Positions 13,101-26,800 of a DNA stretch of 64,000 bases are shown here, piece by piece; positions within the stretch are counted from its first letter, which is position 1; every line of letters begins with the position of its first letter. The stretch spans positions 261,684 through 325,683 of the forward strand of contig NIVC01001264.1 in the NCBI GenBank assembly GCA_002269645.1, in the 5' to 3' direction. Under the pieces are notes generated by a model. The model saw nothing but the letters and a program-made list of their open reading frames with translations, made no database searches and was not told the DNA's origin. This stretch comes from Macrostomum lignano (taxonomy: Eukaryota). The position numbers were made by a program, and so were the translations under genes.

Positions 13101-13966
13101 TTGGCCTGCCGTCGCCTATGGACGTTGACGAGGATACTGGGGGACTGCGGCAGGCTGAATGCGACCTTGGCGGGGAAGGCGGTGAGCCTGCTGTCTGGAT
13201 GCCTGTCTGTTTAGGGTACCTGTCATCGGGTCTCAGTGTCTGTCTGTCTGTTTAGTGTACCTGTCATCGTGTCTCAGTGTCTGTCTGTCTGTTTAGGGTA
13301 CCTGTCATCGTGTCTCAGTGTCTGTCTGTCTGTCTGTTTAGGGTACCTGTCATCGTGTCTCAGTGTCTGTCTGTCTGTTTAGGGTACCTGTCATCGTGTC
13401 TCAGTGTCTGTCTGTCCGTTTAGGGTACCTGTCATCGTGTCTCAGTGTCTGTCTGTCTGTTTAGGGTACCTGTCATCGGGTCTCAGTGTCTGTCTGTCTG
13501 TTTAGGGTACCTGTCATCGTGTCTCAGTGTCTGTCTGTCCGTTTAGGGTACCTGTCATCGTGTCTCAGTGTCTGGCTGTCTGTCTTTCTGTCTGTCTGCT
13601 TATCTCGCCCACTCGCATTTAACTCAATAGAGCATTCAACTTCATCAAACGCATCTTAAGTCATAAATTTCGCATTTAACTGCAGACTCCGCTTACGCCA
13701 GCCAGCGCGCTTCGATCGCCGACATGCCGTTGACCTTCGGCGCCTCAGCGTCGCGACCGCCAACGGCATCTGAGGCCAAGGGCCGCAGCAGTGGCAGCCG
13801 AAGCCGCCTCTCCCAGGTGCTAATTGGGTGCTGCGTTGGCGTCAATTTCTCCCTGCTGCTGCACTGCCTGCTGATACCAGCTGGCGGCGCTGTTCTCGCT
13901 GCTGTTGCAGCCGGAAGCACCTGGGCCGACTCAGTGGAAAATATTTGGCTGCTGGTTGCTGGCTGA
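10155..13966 (+). CDS. TMEM201: Inner nuclear membrane protein TMEM201/Samp1/Ima1-like, 4 coding exons
   Basis: Exons 10155-10408, 11332-12045, 12415 (or 12451)-13181 and 13686-13966. It has an N-terminal TM segment, then the Ima1 CxxC motifs VNCWFC...NRNCFDCPHCDQYNGF-SEGNYNKDIP, LCDACN and YALCQRC, followed by TM segments, a Ser/Pro-rich region and a C-terminal TM. Confidence 0.88.
10490..11260. repeat. 21-23-bp minisatellite (CACTATAGGAATCATTCTGAG), TMEM201 intron 1
   Basis: Tandem copies. Confidence 0.9.
12082..12402. repeat. 12-bp minisatellite (CCAGTGTGACAT), TMEM201 intron 2
   Basis: Tandem copies. Confidence 0.9.
13190..13585. repeat. 41-bp minisatellite, TMEM201 intron 3
   Basis: CTGTCTGTCTGTTTAGGGTACCTGTCATCGTGTCTCAGTGT repeated about 9 times. 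Confidence 0.9.
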
Positions 13967-14011
13967 TGTTACTGGACTCTCAGATTTCACGTCCTCTACA
14001 GCCTTCACCTC

Positions 14012-14420
14012 CCTTATAACTTCTGCCCCAGCACCCACCCCCAACCCCCTTATAACTTCTGCCCCAGCACCCACCCCCAACCCCCTTATAACTTCTGCCC
14101 CAGCACCCACCCTCATCCCCACCCGGATATAACGTCTGCCCCAGCACCCACCCCACCCCCACCCCTTATAACTTCCTTCCTAGCGCCCACCCCCACCCCC
14201 AACCCCGATATAACTTCTGCCCCAGCACCCACCCCAACCCCCGATATAACTTCTACCCCAGCACCCACCCCCACCCCGTTATAACTACTGCCCCAGCACC
14301 CACCCCCACTCCGTTATAACTTCTGCCCCAGCACCCACCCCCACCCCGTTATAACTTCTGCCCCAGCACCCACCCCCACCCCGTCATAACTTCTGCCCCA
14401 GCACCCACTTCGACCCGTCT
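14012..14420. repeat. About 36-bp C-rich minisatellite 3' of TMEM201
   Basis: TTATAACTTCTGCCCCAGCACCCACCCCC units. Confidence 0.9.
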
Positions 14421-14783
14421 TATTACTTTTTACAAATTGGGTGTACTTAGTTGTGCATTTAATAGCTAATAAATTTATTGTTAGTCATTGACTTTTTATG
14501 CTGCTATTATAGGAATTTGTGCGCACTGTTTATTTACAGCAGGATTTAGCGGTCTATAAAAAGAAGCTTGAATTTCCATCAATCTGTTAAATTTAAGAAT
14601 TCATGTTTTACTTAAACGTTTAGCGTTTTTCGGTCATAATTTTCAGATTGAATTCGGAATTCAAACAGGAATTTTTACTCTCCGATATATCTAACACGTG
14701 GAGTGATTCAATTCCTTATTACACGTATGCCATTCGATTGGCTAATCCAAAATAATGATCTTTTAACCTCCGCTTTGCTCTGT

Positions 14784-17700
14784 ATGCAGTCCGTCTGCAA
14801 ATTTGGCTATCGGTGCCATCGTGCCACACTTGTATTTGATAGTGTGCTCTGTTCGGTAAATTAATAATGCATCTTTAGAAAATAAAAATGTTCATATCAT
14901 TTTCGAACTTTGTCGCTGAATTTTAGATTTTGTTTCATTCCTCTGTTTTTTTCACTTTTTGTAGTTCTCAATATATGGATCCATGCAGTTTTTTAAGTTC
15001 ATTTTAATTAAATAAATTTCGCATCTGGCGTTAGCGGAATTTTGACATTGTTACGCTTTTGAACCGTTGCAGCCTCGCTCTCAACAGAAATCTCTGAGCA
15101 GTCGCCGCCCAGTGGGTTGTCGCATAGTAGCTGATAGGGGATCCGATCTTAGTGCAACCCCTGCGCTGGCACCCACCCCCTCCGCAACCCCTGCCCTGGC
15201 ACCCACCCCCTCCGCCACCCCTGCCCCAGCACCCACCCCCTCTGCAACCCCTGCCCCAGCACCCACCCCCTCCGCGACCCCTGCCCCAGCACCCACCCCC
15301 TCCGCGACCCCTGCCCCAGCACCCACCCCCTCCGCGACCCCTGCCCCAGCACCCACCCCCTCCGCGACCCCTGCCCCAGCACCCACCCCCTCTGCGACCC
15401 CTGCCGCTCCCCCATCTGGCGGAGACAGAGTCATCGCCCTAATCGACATGGACTGTTTCTACGTTCAAGTTGAGCTGCAGCATTGTCCCGAAAGCATTGG
15501 CAAGCCGGCTGTAGTTGTTCAATACACTGGCGCCGGCCTCTTAGCCGTGTCCTACGAGGCGCGTGCACTGGGCGTTCGGCGCCACATGAGGCTGGCAGAC
15601 GCGCAGCGCATCTGTCCCAGCCTGAAGGTGTTCCAAGTGCCGGAGAAGCGCGGCAAAGCCGACATCTCTCGCTACCGTCAGGCGTCCGACGCGGTCATGT
15701 CCGCGCTGAGCCAGCTGAGTACTCAGTTTCAGAAGGCTTCAATTGATGAGGCCTACGTTGACTTGACCGAACGTGTGGACGGCATGCTTGCTGAGTCCAG
15801 CGACTCCTGCTTGGACATGCTGAAGCCGGAGCGATTAAAATCTACCTGCATGGCAGTCGGAGGTCAGGAGGCGCTCTCTGATTGGCTCAATGGTTGCCTA
15901 GCAACCGCTGCCGGTATGACGCGGGAACAGCGACTTCGGTATCACGATTTGAGACTAGCAGTGGGAGCCTGTCTGGTTGAGGATGTCAGGTGAGTTTAGT
16001 GCGGTAGGGCATACGTATAGTTACCCCCAAGCAGTGTTGGGCACCAGTCCGTTAATAAGCGTTAATCCGTTAATAAGCGTTAATCCGTTAATAAGTGTTA
16101 AGATTTTTTGCACTAACGGATTAACGAATTTTCGTTAATAATTTTGTGAGTTCATCGTCAAATTCATCGTTGACGTTAATGGCAATTTCAATGACCAAAA
16201 ACGCAAAGAAAGAACAAAAATACAAGTCTGACAAGAAGTTACAACATTACGAATGTTTTCGAATTTACCTAAATGCCTAATTAATCTCTCTGTTAATAAA
16301 CGATGATACTTTCTTAGCTTTCTACTGTGCCTGCTAATACTAATGAAACAACCTTCCTATTCGTATTCTATTATTAACTAATTAGCTTTCAAGTTTCAAA
16401 TAAACGAGTTACTTCTTTTACCCGATGCTTACTTTTAGTAGTATTATTACTAGCAATCTTCGCCCCCCGATGGGGGACATCTGAATTGGATATCTGTTCT
16501 CTAAAAGTAACAAAAAGACAGCGAAATAAAGCTTTCACAAAGACAACAGACATTCCATCTAAAAAGAAAACATCATCCCAAGACAGCAAGCATCTCCTCA
16601 GATAGCAAAACCCCTCGCCCCAATATGGCAAGTACCCTCGCGCCGAGAGCAAGCCTCTTGCCTCCCAAATATCAAGCATCCCCCGATAGCAAGCATCCCC
16701 AGACAGCATGCAAGCATCTCCCAGGTAGCAAGCATCCCCCAGATAGCAAGAATCCCCCAGATATAGCAAGCATCCCCAGACAGCATGCAAGCATCTCCCA
16801 GATAGCAAGCATCCCCAGACAGCATGCAAGCATCCCCCAGATAGCACGCATCCCCCAGCTAGCAAGAATCCCCCAGATAGCAAGCATCCCCAAACAGCAT
16901 GCAAGCATCCCCAGACAGCATGCAAGCATCCCCCAGATAGCAAGCATCCCCCAGCTAGCAAGAATCCCCCAGATAGCAAGCATCCCCAAACAGCATGCAA
17001 GCATCCCCAGACAGCATGCAAGCATCCCCCAGATAGCTAGCAACCCCCCTTCTCAGATAGCAAGTACCCTCCACTCCCCAAGAGCAAGCATCCCCCAATA
17101 GCAAGTTACCCCAGATAGCAATTATCTATCCTTAAATAGCAAGCATCCATCAGACAACAAGTAGCTAGTGCAAAAATATCCTTAGCTTTATAGTGGCTCC
17201 TTTAGGTTTGGCATGGTGGCTCTTTAATGTTTGACATGGTGGCTCTTTTATGTTATACACGGTGGCTCTTTTATGTTATACACGGTGGCTCTTTTATGTT
17301 ATACACGGTGGCTCTTTTATGTTATACATGGTGGCTCTTTTATGTTTGACCTGGTAGCTCTTTAATGTTTGACATAGTGGCTCTTTAATGTTTGACATTG
17401 AGCCAGGTATATGTTTGACATGGTGGATATTTTGTTTGACATGGTGCCTCTTCTATGTCTGACTTGGTAGCTCTTTTACGAGTATGTTTGACATGATAGC
17501 TCTTTAATGTTTGACATGGTGGCTCTTTAATGTTTGACATGGTGTCTCTTTAATGTTTGACATGGTGTCTCTTTAATGTTTGACACGGAGTCACGTATAT
17601 GTTTGACATGGTGGCTTTTTAATGTTCGAAATGGTGGCTCTTTAATGTTCGAAATGGTGGCTCTTTTATGTTTGACATGGTGGCTCTTTAATGTTTGACT

Positions 17701-20700
17701 TGTGGCTCTTTAATGTTCTAAATGGTGGCTCTTAAATGTTCGAAATGGTGGCTCTTTAATGTTCGAAATGGTGGCTCTTTAATGTTCGAAATGGTGGCTC
17801 TTTAATGTTCGAAACGGTGGCTCTTTAATGTTCGAAACGGTGGCTCTTTAATGTTCGAAATGGTGGCTCTTTTATGTTTGATACGGTGGCTCTTTAATGT
17901 CTGACATGGTGGCTCTTTAATGTTTGAAACAAAGTCACTTATATGTTTGCCATGGTGGCTCCTAAATGTTCAACATGGTAGCTCTTTTAGTTTGACATTG
18001 CGCTTCTTTTATGTTTAGCATTTTGTGCTTTTGTGTTTTAATAAAAAAATCATTTTGTTTGTTTGTAGTTCTAAGATTCGAACCCAGGTTGCTACATTAG
18101 CAGTCCAGTCTGTTCGCATCTATGCTATCTCTTTTCAATTGGAGAACACGAATTGTGGCCCTTATAATTCAATTCTTACAGCAAGTTGGTTAGAGCAAAA
18201 GCTTATGACATAATCAATTTCTCAGTCAGCCAGTATCAGTCTCAATTTAAGTTAGCAATATGGTTACGCAATTTCAATCAAGTCGTGTGTGCATTTTATG
18301 GACACTGTTTTCAACTTGTTGTGATGCAATCTTTATCACAATCGGTATTCAGCCAGTCAGTTTTTTCTCTAGCATTCTTACAATGCATTTCAGGTCGAAA
18401 GAGCTGTTTGACCTTTGCAAAAAAGCATGTTTTTCGAATATTTAATGCCTTTAACATTAAGCAATTTCTTAGCCAAAATGCATGTACCGTCCCAGGAAAA
18501 TTTCTGATCGAATGGTGCAAGTTTGAAGAAAATCGGTTCAGCCATTTTTTCTAAAATCTATTATTATTTATTACTTTTTTGCTTGTGAATCTCTTAGATG
18601 ACCTCTGTGTTTCGCTAAAAAGTCTGTTTTGAAAGTAAGTGCTTTGAAATGTTTTGAAATGATTGTGGGACCATGTCGCCGAAGGCGTTGGGCCAGGGTC
18701 CTCCACCAGCTAGGAGTAACTCAGGATGTGTGGAACCCCCCCCCCCTCAGTCCTGAGGTGTCGGTTGCACATGTGCCCAATAAATTAAAATTAAAATTAT
18801 TTTTATTATTAATATTATTATTAATGCTCAGCTTTCGAATCGTATACCTAATTTACTCTTTAGAAGGCATACTCGGTGTTACATTCAAACCTCCGCAACC
18901 CCAGCACCCACCCCCTTTGCCGCCCCTGCCCCTTAAGACATTCGTTTCAGTGAAGCAGGTGTTTATTAATAAGCGAATTGTTAAATATTTGCTCCCTTGC
19001 GTATGTGTACATGTGTCGTTTCGTTTTGGTAATTTGTAGGTCCGAAGTTCGAGCCCGCCTAGGCTACAACTGCAGCGCCGGCTTAGCTGGCACAAAAACT
19101 TTGGCTAAAATTAGCGCCGGCGCTAACAAACCCGCGCGGCAAACGTTGGCGCCCTGGTCGATGGCGCCGGAATTGATGGCGCCGATGCCGCTGGACCGGG
19201 TGCCCCGGCTTGGCGGCAAATTGGGCCGAGCAATCAGCGCCCTGCTCGGCGGCAATGCCACCGTGGCCGACGTGCTGGCCGCGTCCGAGGCCTCCGTCCT
19301 GTCCGCCGAACTCGACTCGGCCAGTGTCCGGTACGCCAGGGAGCTGTGCCGCGGTCTTGACGGCGGCGAGGCTGTGGTGCCTCGATTGGCGCAGACTTCG
19401 CTGGGCTGTTCGAAAAATTTCTACGAACCGATTCGCGATTCGGCTACGCTACGGCGATGGCTGGGCGAACTGGGCGACGAGCTGTTTGAACGGCTGACGC
19501 AGGACCGGGTGGAGCATCGGTTAGTGCGCTGGGTGCTTTTGTGCGCCTTGTCTTATTAGCTAGTTACTCACCTGTCTACCTGTCTGCTTATCTACCTACC
19601 TGCCTACTTATCTACCTACCTGCCTACTTATCTACCTACCTGCCTACCTTTCTACCTTCCTGCCTACTTATCTACCTTCCTGCCTACTTATCTACCTACC
19701 TGCCTACTTATCTACCTACCTGTCTATTTATCTACCTACCTGCCTACTTATCTATCTACCCGTCTACTTATCCACCTACCTGCCTACCTTCTTCTACCTT
19801 TCTGCCTACTTATCTACCTACCTGCCTACTTATCTACCTACCTGCCTACTTATCTACCTACCTGCCTACTTATCTACCTACCTGCCTACCTTTCTACCTT
19901 CCTGCCTACTTATCTACCTACCTGCCTACTTATCTACCTACCTGTCTATTTATCTACCTACCTGCCTACTTATCTATCTACCCGTCTACTTATCCACCTA
20001 CCTGCCTACCTTCTTCTACCTTTCTGCCTACTTATCTACCTACCTGCCTACTTATCTACCTACCTGTCTATTTATCTACCTACCTGCCTACTTATCTATC
20101 TACCCGTCTACTTATCCACCTACCTGCCTACCTTCTTCTACCTTTCTGCCTACTTATCTACCTACCTGCCTACTTATCTACCTACCTGCCTACTTATCTA
20201 CCTACCTGCCTACTTATCTACCTACCTGTCTGCTTATCTTTATACCTGTCTGCTTATCTATCTACCTGTCTGCTTATCTTTATACCTGTCTGCTTATCTA
20301 TCTACCTGTCTGCTTATCTACCTACCTGTCTGCTTATCTTTATACCTGTCTGCTTATCTACCTACCTGCCTACTTATCTACCTACCTGTCTGCTTGTCTT
20401 TATACCTGTCTGCTTATCTATCTACCTGCCTACTTATCTACCTACCTGCCTACTTATCTACCTACCTGCCTACTTATCTACCTACCTGTCTGCTTATCTT
20501 TATACCTGTCTGCTTATCTATCTACCTGCCTACTTATCTACCTACCTGCCTACTTATCTACCTACCTGCCTACTTATCTACCTACCTGTCTATTTATCTA
20601 CCTACCTGCCTACTTATCTATCTACCCGTCTACTTATCCACCTACCTGCCTACCTTTCTTCTACCTTTCTGCCTACTTATCTACCTACCTGCCTACTTAT

Positions 20701-22720
20701 CTACCTACCTGTCTATTTATCTACCTACCTGCCTACTTATCTATCTACCCGTCTACTTATCCACCTACCTGCCTACCTTTCTTCTACCTTTTTACCTACT
20801 TATCTACCTACCTGCCTACTTATCTACATTCCTCCCTACTTATCTGCCTTCCTGCCTACTTATCTTTCTATCTGCCTACCTTCTCTACCTTCTCTACCCA
20901 TCTTATCTACTCATCTACCTAATTTATCTGAATTATTGCAACCTTATCTACCTATCCGCCTACTTTATCTGAATTATTGCAACCTTATCTACCTATCCGC
21001 CTACTTTATCTACCTTATTTACCTACTTACCTGTCTGCTTAATAACGTACGTACTTATCTACCTCCACCCACCCGCCCGCCCACTGCAGCCGCTGGCCCG
21101 GCCTACTGTGCGTGGCATTCGGCTGGGATCGGGGCTCTCGCCGGCTCAGCAAAAGTCGCCAATTAGCCACAGACTTCTGGCCGGGGGGCCGCGAGCATTT
21201 CCTTCGCCTGCTGGAAGCCCTGGTTGATGCTTCCGGCGTCTCAGTTGGTCCGGACTCGCCTCTCGGCCATCTGCACGTGTCTGTTGGCAAATTCCGCAGC
21301 CTGGACTGCAGCCTGGGCGAGAATAGAGATATTAAAAGTCTGCTAATGCGACAGGGTGCTGCTAATGCAGCTCGGTCCACTGCCACCGCCGCCTCTGCCG
21401 ATGCAACGGAAAGCTGTAATCTTGACTATGACGATTGTGCAGTAGATGATAATAATGAAGACAGTTCTAATGGTTCTGCAGCTGCTGCTGGCGTATCTGC
21501 CGATAAGCCTGTCAACAAAACTGCCGGTATTATAAGCTTTTTTACTGCCAGCACGTCTACTGCTAATAATAATGTTAACTGTGATATCAGACGAGGTGAG
21601 TTTGCTATGCTGTTGCATATATTTCAGATATTTGTGTTGCTAATTTTACCCTGTCACCATTCTTGTCACCCTCTCCCTGTCACCCCTTTCCCTGTCACCC
21701 CTTTCCCTGTCACCCTCTCTCCCTGTCACCCTCTCTTCCTGTCACCCTCTCTCCCTGTCACCCTCTCTCCCTGTCACCCTCTCCCTGTCACTCTCTCCCT
21801 GTCACCCTCTCTCCCTGTCACCCTCTCTCCCTGTCACCCTCTCCCTGTCACCCTCTCCCTGTCACCCTCTCTCCCTGTCACCCTCTCTCCCTGTCACCCT
21901 CTCCCTGTCACCCCTTTCCCTGTCACCCCTTCCCTGTCACCCTCTCTCCCTGTCACCCTCCCTCTCTGTCACCCTCTCCCTGTCACCCTCTCTCCCTGTC
22001 ACCCTCTCTCCCTGTCACCCTCTTTCCTTGTCACCCTCTCTCCCTGTCACCCTCTCTCCCTGTCACCCTCTCTCCCTGTCACCCTCTCTCCCTGTCACCC
22101 TCTCTCCCTGTCACCCTCTCTCCCTGTCACCCTCTCTTCGTGTCACCCTCTCCCTGTCACCCTCTCTCCCTGTCACCCTCTCTCCCTGTCACCCTCTCTC
22201 CCTGTCACCCTCTCTCCCTGTCACCCTCTTCCTGTCACTCTCTCCCTGTCACTTTGTCCCTGTCTCCATCAGCTGTCTCTGCTTGAGTACTCATAATATG
22301 CATAAATAATCTTATATAAAAATTGCAGAAGCCAGGGCGGCGCCAACACATTCCGTAGCCAGTGCCCTAGAAGTGCCAAACGATCGCCAACAGCAAACAG
22401 ACCAGCCCAGCAGCAGCAGCAGTGATGAGCCTCTAACAGTGGAATGCAGCCAGTGCCGGCCACCCCGAGCGGTACTCATGACCGACTGGCTAGAGCATCA
22501 AGATTATCACGCCGCTGTTGACTTGCAACGAAGCATCCAATTGGAGTTCAAAGCTGAACGGGATCGAGATGTACAGCTGCTGCAGCAGTCGCGCAAACGA
22601 CCCGCAACCAGCAGTTCAAGTAGCGCTGGCAAGAACAAGCGTCGAAGTACAACCAGTACTAATAATAACTCTTCGTCCGCTAATGGACCAACTCTTGACA
22701 GTTATTTTCGTAAAGCTTGA
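14784..22720 (+). CDS. POLH: DNA polymerase eta (Y-family translesion polymerase); first exon tentative
   Basis: Exons 14784-14855 (tentative), 15073-15989, 19040-19519, 21090-21595 and 22329-22720. Motifs: [67 protein letters not shown] finger CSQC...EHQDYH, basic NLS and C-terminal PIP-like TLDSYFRKA. Confidence 0.93.
15150..15400 (+). repeat. 30-bp in-frame repeat encoding ([10 protein letters not shown])n in the POLH N-terminal region
   Basis: ACCCCTGCCCCAGCACCCACCCCCTCCGCG repeated about 8 times. Confidence 0.85.
16580..17150. repeat. AGCATCCCCCAGATAGCA-type compound minisatellite, POLH intron
   Basis: Tandem copies. Confidence 0.85.
17205..18000. repeat. 23-bp minisatellite (GTTTGACATGGTGGCTCTTTAAT), POLH intron
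   Basis: Tandem copies. Confidence 0.9.
19565..21065. repeat. 20-bp minisatellite (TACTTATCTACCTACCTGCC), POLH intron
   Basis: Fills nearly the whole intron 19520-21089. Confidence 0.9.
21650..22262. repeat. CTGTCACCCTCTCTCC minisatellite, POLH last intron
   Basis: Tandem copies. Confidence 0.9.
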
Positions 22721-23066
22721 TCTTAGGTATAGTTTGAAAACGGTGGTCGCGAGTTCGAATCTGATTCGATTAATAGTTCAAGCATTTTACTCATAGCAAT
22801 GCAATTTTTTTCTCTCGAAATATTTTCCTACTTTTTTTACTCGTTAGCACGGTATATTTGGCTTATAACTTTATTCATGCTTGAGAAGAAAATTATAACG
22901 ACGATATGTATCGATATACACATTTCTAGCTGACTTTCCGCGTTACGCTGCATGCCTCTATAAGAGAAAGCATTTTTCTCTTTTATAGCTCAAGTTAATG
23001 TAGTCGTCATTAAGCATTTGCGCCTATTTTTAGTGTTTAGTTAGTTTCTCCTATGCCCATTGAATT

Positions 23067-23334
23067 GGGCCAGATGTGCAACCGACAGCTCAGCCGCAGC
23101 TATTGCGCGGCGCATCTGAAGGCCTCGTACGGCTGTTCAGTCCAAGGACTGGGGGGGGGGTCGCCACACAGCCTCAATTACCCCAGCTAATGCTGGCACG
23201 CATTTTACAGCTGGGCGAACTGTAGCAATGTAGAGTTAAGTGTCTTGCTCAAGAACACAAATTGTTCCAAGTGGGATCGGGAATCGAACCCCCGACGTTC
23301 AAGTCGTGAGTCCGACGCTCTAGCCACTAGGCTA
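23067..23334 (-). mobile_element. tRNA-derived SINE with CORE-like central domain
   Basis: The minus strand reads TAGCCTAGTGG (A box) and GGTTCGATTCC (B box), then TCTTGAGCAAGACACTTAACTC...CCAGCTGTAAAATG and a tail ending GTCGGTTGCACATCTG. Homologous to the copies at about 44.9 kb and 57.8 kb. Confidence 0.8.
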
Positions 23335-23830
23335 AAAACCCCTAAGAGTCTCGAAAAAGTAGTCAAAGAGTTGTTGTGTTAGTGCGCTTAACTTTCTACT
23401 CACTCAAGTAGTCTGAATAGATTATGTCGTTAAAAAATTCCTCACTTGGGATTTGTCCCTGGAAGTAGTGATGTCTGGCAAAACAGCCATGACCCCATAG
23501 GGCCATGGTCACCGCCCTGATGTGATTGCGGTTATTTTTAATTATTCCAAATGCCATTATGTTTGTTGCTAGGGTCATAAATCTGCTAAACTAAATACAG
23601 TATTCTTGTTGCCATAGCAACCTATTAAATTTTGTCACCTTAGCAACCACCTTTAAATTATGTTTTCTTAGCCCTTGAATTTGATAGATAATATGCAATT
23701 GTTGCCAGGATCATCAATAGTACAGTTTTATTGTTGCCATAGCAACCACCTTTTACTACTGTTTTCTCAGTGATTAAAAGGAAGGCCATGTGGTTGTTGC
23801 CTGTTTCAGCAGAGCAGCGGCCAGCTCACG

Positions 23831-26800
23831 ATGGCAGTTGTCTCAACAGTAGCGGATGTCTACGACGCCGCATCGGCCATTGGCAAAGATTTCGAACTAT
23901 TAATCGATCGCTACGGACCCGACTGCGTATCCGGCCTCATGCCCAAGGTCATCGGCGTCCTTGAAGAGCTGGAGTCCGTCACCAGCCAGCGCGAGGACGA
24001 TGCCAGACGCCTGGCGGAGTTGGAGCGCTGCCAGGAGCGTCTTGACCAGGAGCGACGAGCCAGGCAGTCGGACCGAGCGAGGCACGAACGCGAGCTTGAA
24101 CAGTCCGAGGATCTTTGGCGAGGCGAGGCCAAGGACCTCAGCGACGCTCTGGCCAGATGCCAGGAGGAGAACAAGCGGCTGCTGGCTGCCGCGGCCAGCT
24201 CGGCGTCTCAGAAAGCGGAGCTGAACGATGGTACCATAGCGGCTGATCGAGATGGCGCGGCCAGGCTGCAGCAGATGCCGGATCTGCAGGTACATCTGTA
24301 GTGCCCTTTTCTGAGTTGTTGAGACTGGTTGGCCAAATTGGCTCTCCTAAAAAACCGCCTTCATTAAAGTGCTTTGAAAAAATCCCCTTAGCAAGAGAAA
24401 AACATCTCCATAGCTAGTGGGAATAATCGCCCCCCCCTAAAAAGGCTAGAAGGAAAAATCGCCCCGAAAAGAAGCTAGAAGAAAAAATCGCCCCCTTCCA
24501 AAAAGCTGGAAGAAAAAATCGCCCCCTTCCAAAAAAGCGGAAGAAAAAATCGCCCCCTTCCAAAAAGCTGGAAGAAAAAATCGCCCCCTTCCAAAAAGCT
24601 GGAAGAAAAAATCGCCCCCTTCCAAAAAAGCTGGAAGGAAAAATCGCCCCCCTTCCAAAAAATCTAGAAGGAAAAATTGCTCCCCCCTTTCAAAGAAGCT
24701 AGAAGAAAAAATCGCCCCCCAGAAGAAGCTAAAAGAAAAAATCGCCTGCAAAAAGAAGCCAGAAGAAAAAATCGCCCCAAAAAAGAAGCTAAAAGGAAAA
24801 ATCGCCTTCCTCCCAAATAGAAGGAAAAATCGGCCCCCAAAAGAAGCTGGAAGGAAAAATCGCCCCCCTTCCAAAAAAGCTAGAACGAAGGAACCCCTCC
24901 CCTCCTCAGAACAAGCTAGAAGGAAAAATCGCCTTCCAAAAGAATCTAGAAGGAAAAATTGGCCCCCAAAAAAGCTGGAAGGAAAAATCCCCCCTCCCCA
25001 GAAGAAGCTAGAAGGAAAAATCCCCCCTCCCCAGAAGAAGCTAGAAGGAAAAATCCCCCCTCTCCAGAAGAAGCTAGAAGGAAAAATCCCCCCTCCCCAG
25101 AAGAAGCTAGAAGGAAAAATCCCCCCTCCCCAGAAGAAGCTAGAAGGAAAAATCCCCCTCCCCAGAAGAAGCTAGAAGGAAAAATCCCCCCTCCCCAGAA
25201 GAAGCTAGAAGGAAAAATCCCCCTCCCCAGAAGAAGCTAGAAGGAAAAATCCCCCCTCCCCAGAAGAAGGTAGAAGGAAAAATCCCCCCTCCCCAGAAGA
25301 AGCTAGAAGGAAAAATCCCCCCTCCCCAGAAGAAGCTAGAAGGAAAAATCGCTCATTAGAGAAATCGCCGTGAGGAAAAAAGCGAGACAAACCCCGCACT
25401 GCGCAGGGCATGGCTAAACTGAAAGCCACCATAGAAGCGCAGCGAGACGAAATCCGTCGCTTGCAACGCGATCTGGCTCAGTGCCAGACAGATTCTGAGG
25501 CTCTCCAGTCGCAGTCGGACCGATTGGCCCGGGCAAACGCCGAGTACAGGCGACGGCACAGCGTCAGCAGCAGGCAGGCCCAGCGACTGTTGGAGAGCCA
25601 AGCAGATCTCGAAGCTCGCCTGGCGGCCAGCGACCAGGCACTGCGGCTGGCCGCGGAGGCCGGCACCACTGCGGAGGGGTGCGCCGATGCGGTGAGGCTC
25701 TTTCTGGAATGTTTATGGGACTGTTTATGGATGGGACTGTTTAGTGACTGTTGATGGAGCTGTTTATGGGGTTGCTTATAGGGCTGTTTATGTGACTGTT
25801 TATGGGTCTGTTTATGGGGTTGCTTTTAGGGCTGTTTATGGAGCTGTTTATGTGACTGTTTATGTGGCTGTTTATGTGACTGTTTATGGAGCTGTTTATG
25901 GGGCTGTTTGTGACTGTTTATGGGGTTGCTTATAGGGCTGTTTATGGGGCTGTTTATGGGGTTGCTTTTAGGGCTGTTTATGGAGCTGTTTATGTGACTG
26001 TTTATGTGACTGTTTATGAAGCTGTTTATGGGGCTGTTTGTGACTGTTTATGGGGTTGCTTATAGGGCTGCTTATGGAGCTGTTTATGGGGTTGCTTGTA
26101 GGGCTGTTTATGGAGCTGTTTATGGGACTGTTTATTTGACTGTTTATGTGACTGTTTGTGGCTGTTTATGGGACTGTTTATGGAATGCTTACGTTTCTGT
26201 TTCTGGGACTTTTATGAGGCTGTTTAAGGAACTGTTTATGAGGCTGTTTAAGGAACTGTTTATGAGGCTGTTTAAGGAACTGTTTATGAGGCTGTTTAAG
26301 GAACTGTTTATGAGGCTGTTTACCGGTATGGGACTGTTTATAAGAATGTTTATAAAACATGGCTTCCCTCTGAGGCAGTTATGAGCAAGTTAATTTGATC
26401 TTGATGATGCTGCTTGTTGGCCAAACTCCAAGGCTCAGGAGTGCCGCTGTACACCCTGAATGAGCGAGTGAGCGTGTTTGGATGTCAATGGAGTTGGGCG
26501 TGGCTGTTTGGATTATCTAGTCATCTAAAATTAAATAAGTTATAAACTTACGATTTTACATACTTTTTTCACTTTTTTAAGGCCACTCAAACAGCTGATC
26601 AGGATGCATCAGGTGTTGCTGGCGTCTCAGATTCTCAAACAGAATTGAAGCCTTCTTCTCCTAAAACTGCTGCTGCCAGCAAGGACTCTGGGCAGACTCA
26701 CCAGGTTTGGTCTTTGACTGCTGTAGGGGATGAGGAAGGGTGAGATGTAGGGAGAAGAGGAGTGAGATGGAGGAAGAAGAGGCTGAAATAGAGGGAGAAG

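Noticed and set aside
19541-21166. 541-aa ORF and similar long low-complexity ORFs (7651-8760, 35605-36613, 38592-39699, 26627-27391, 61089-61682)
   Set aside because: These are stop-free translations of tandem repeats, open in several frames and lying within introns or intergenic DNA.
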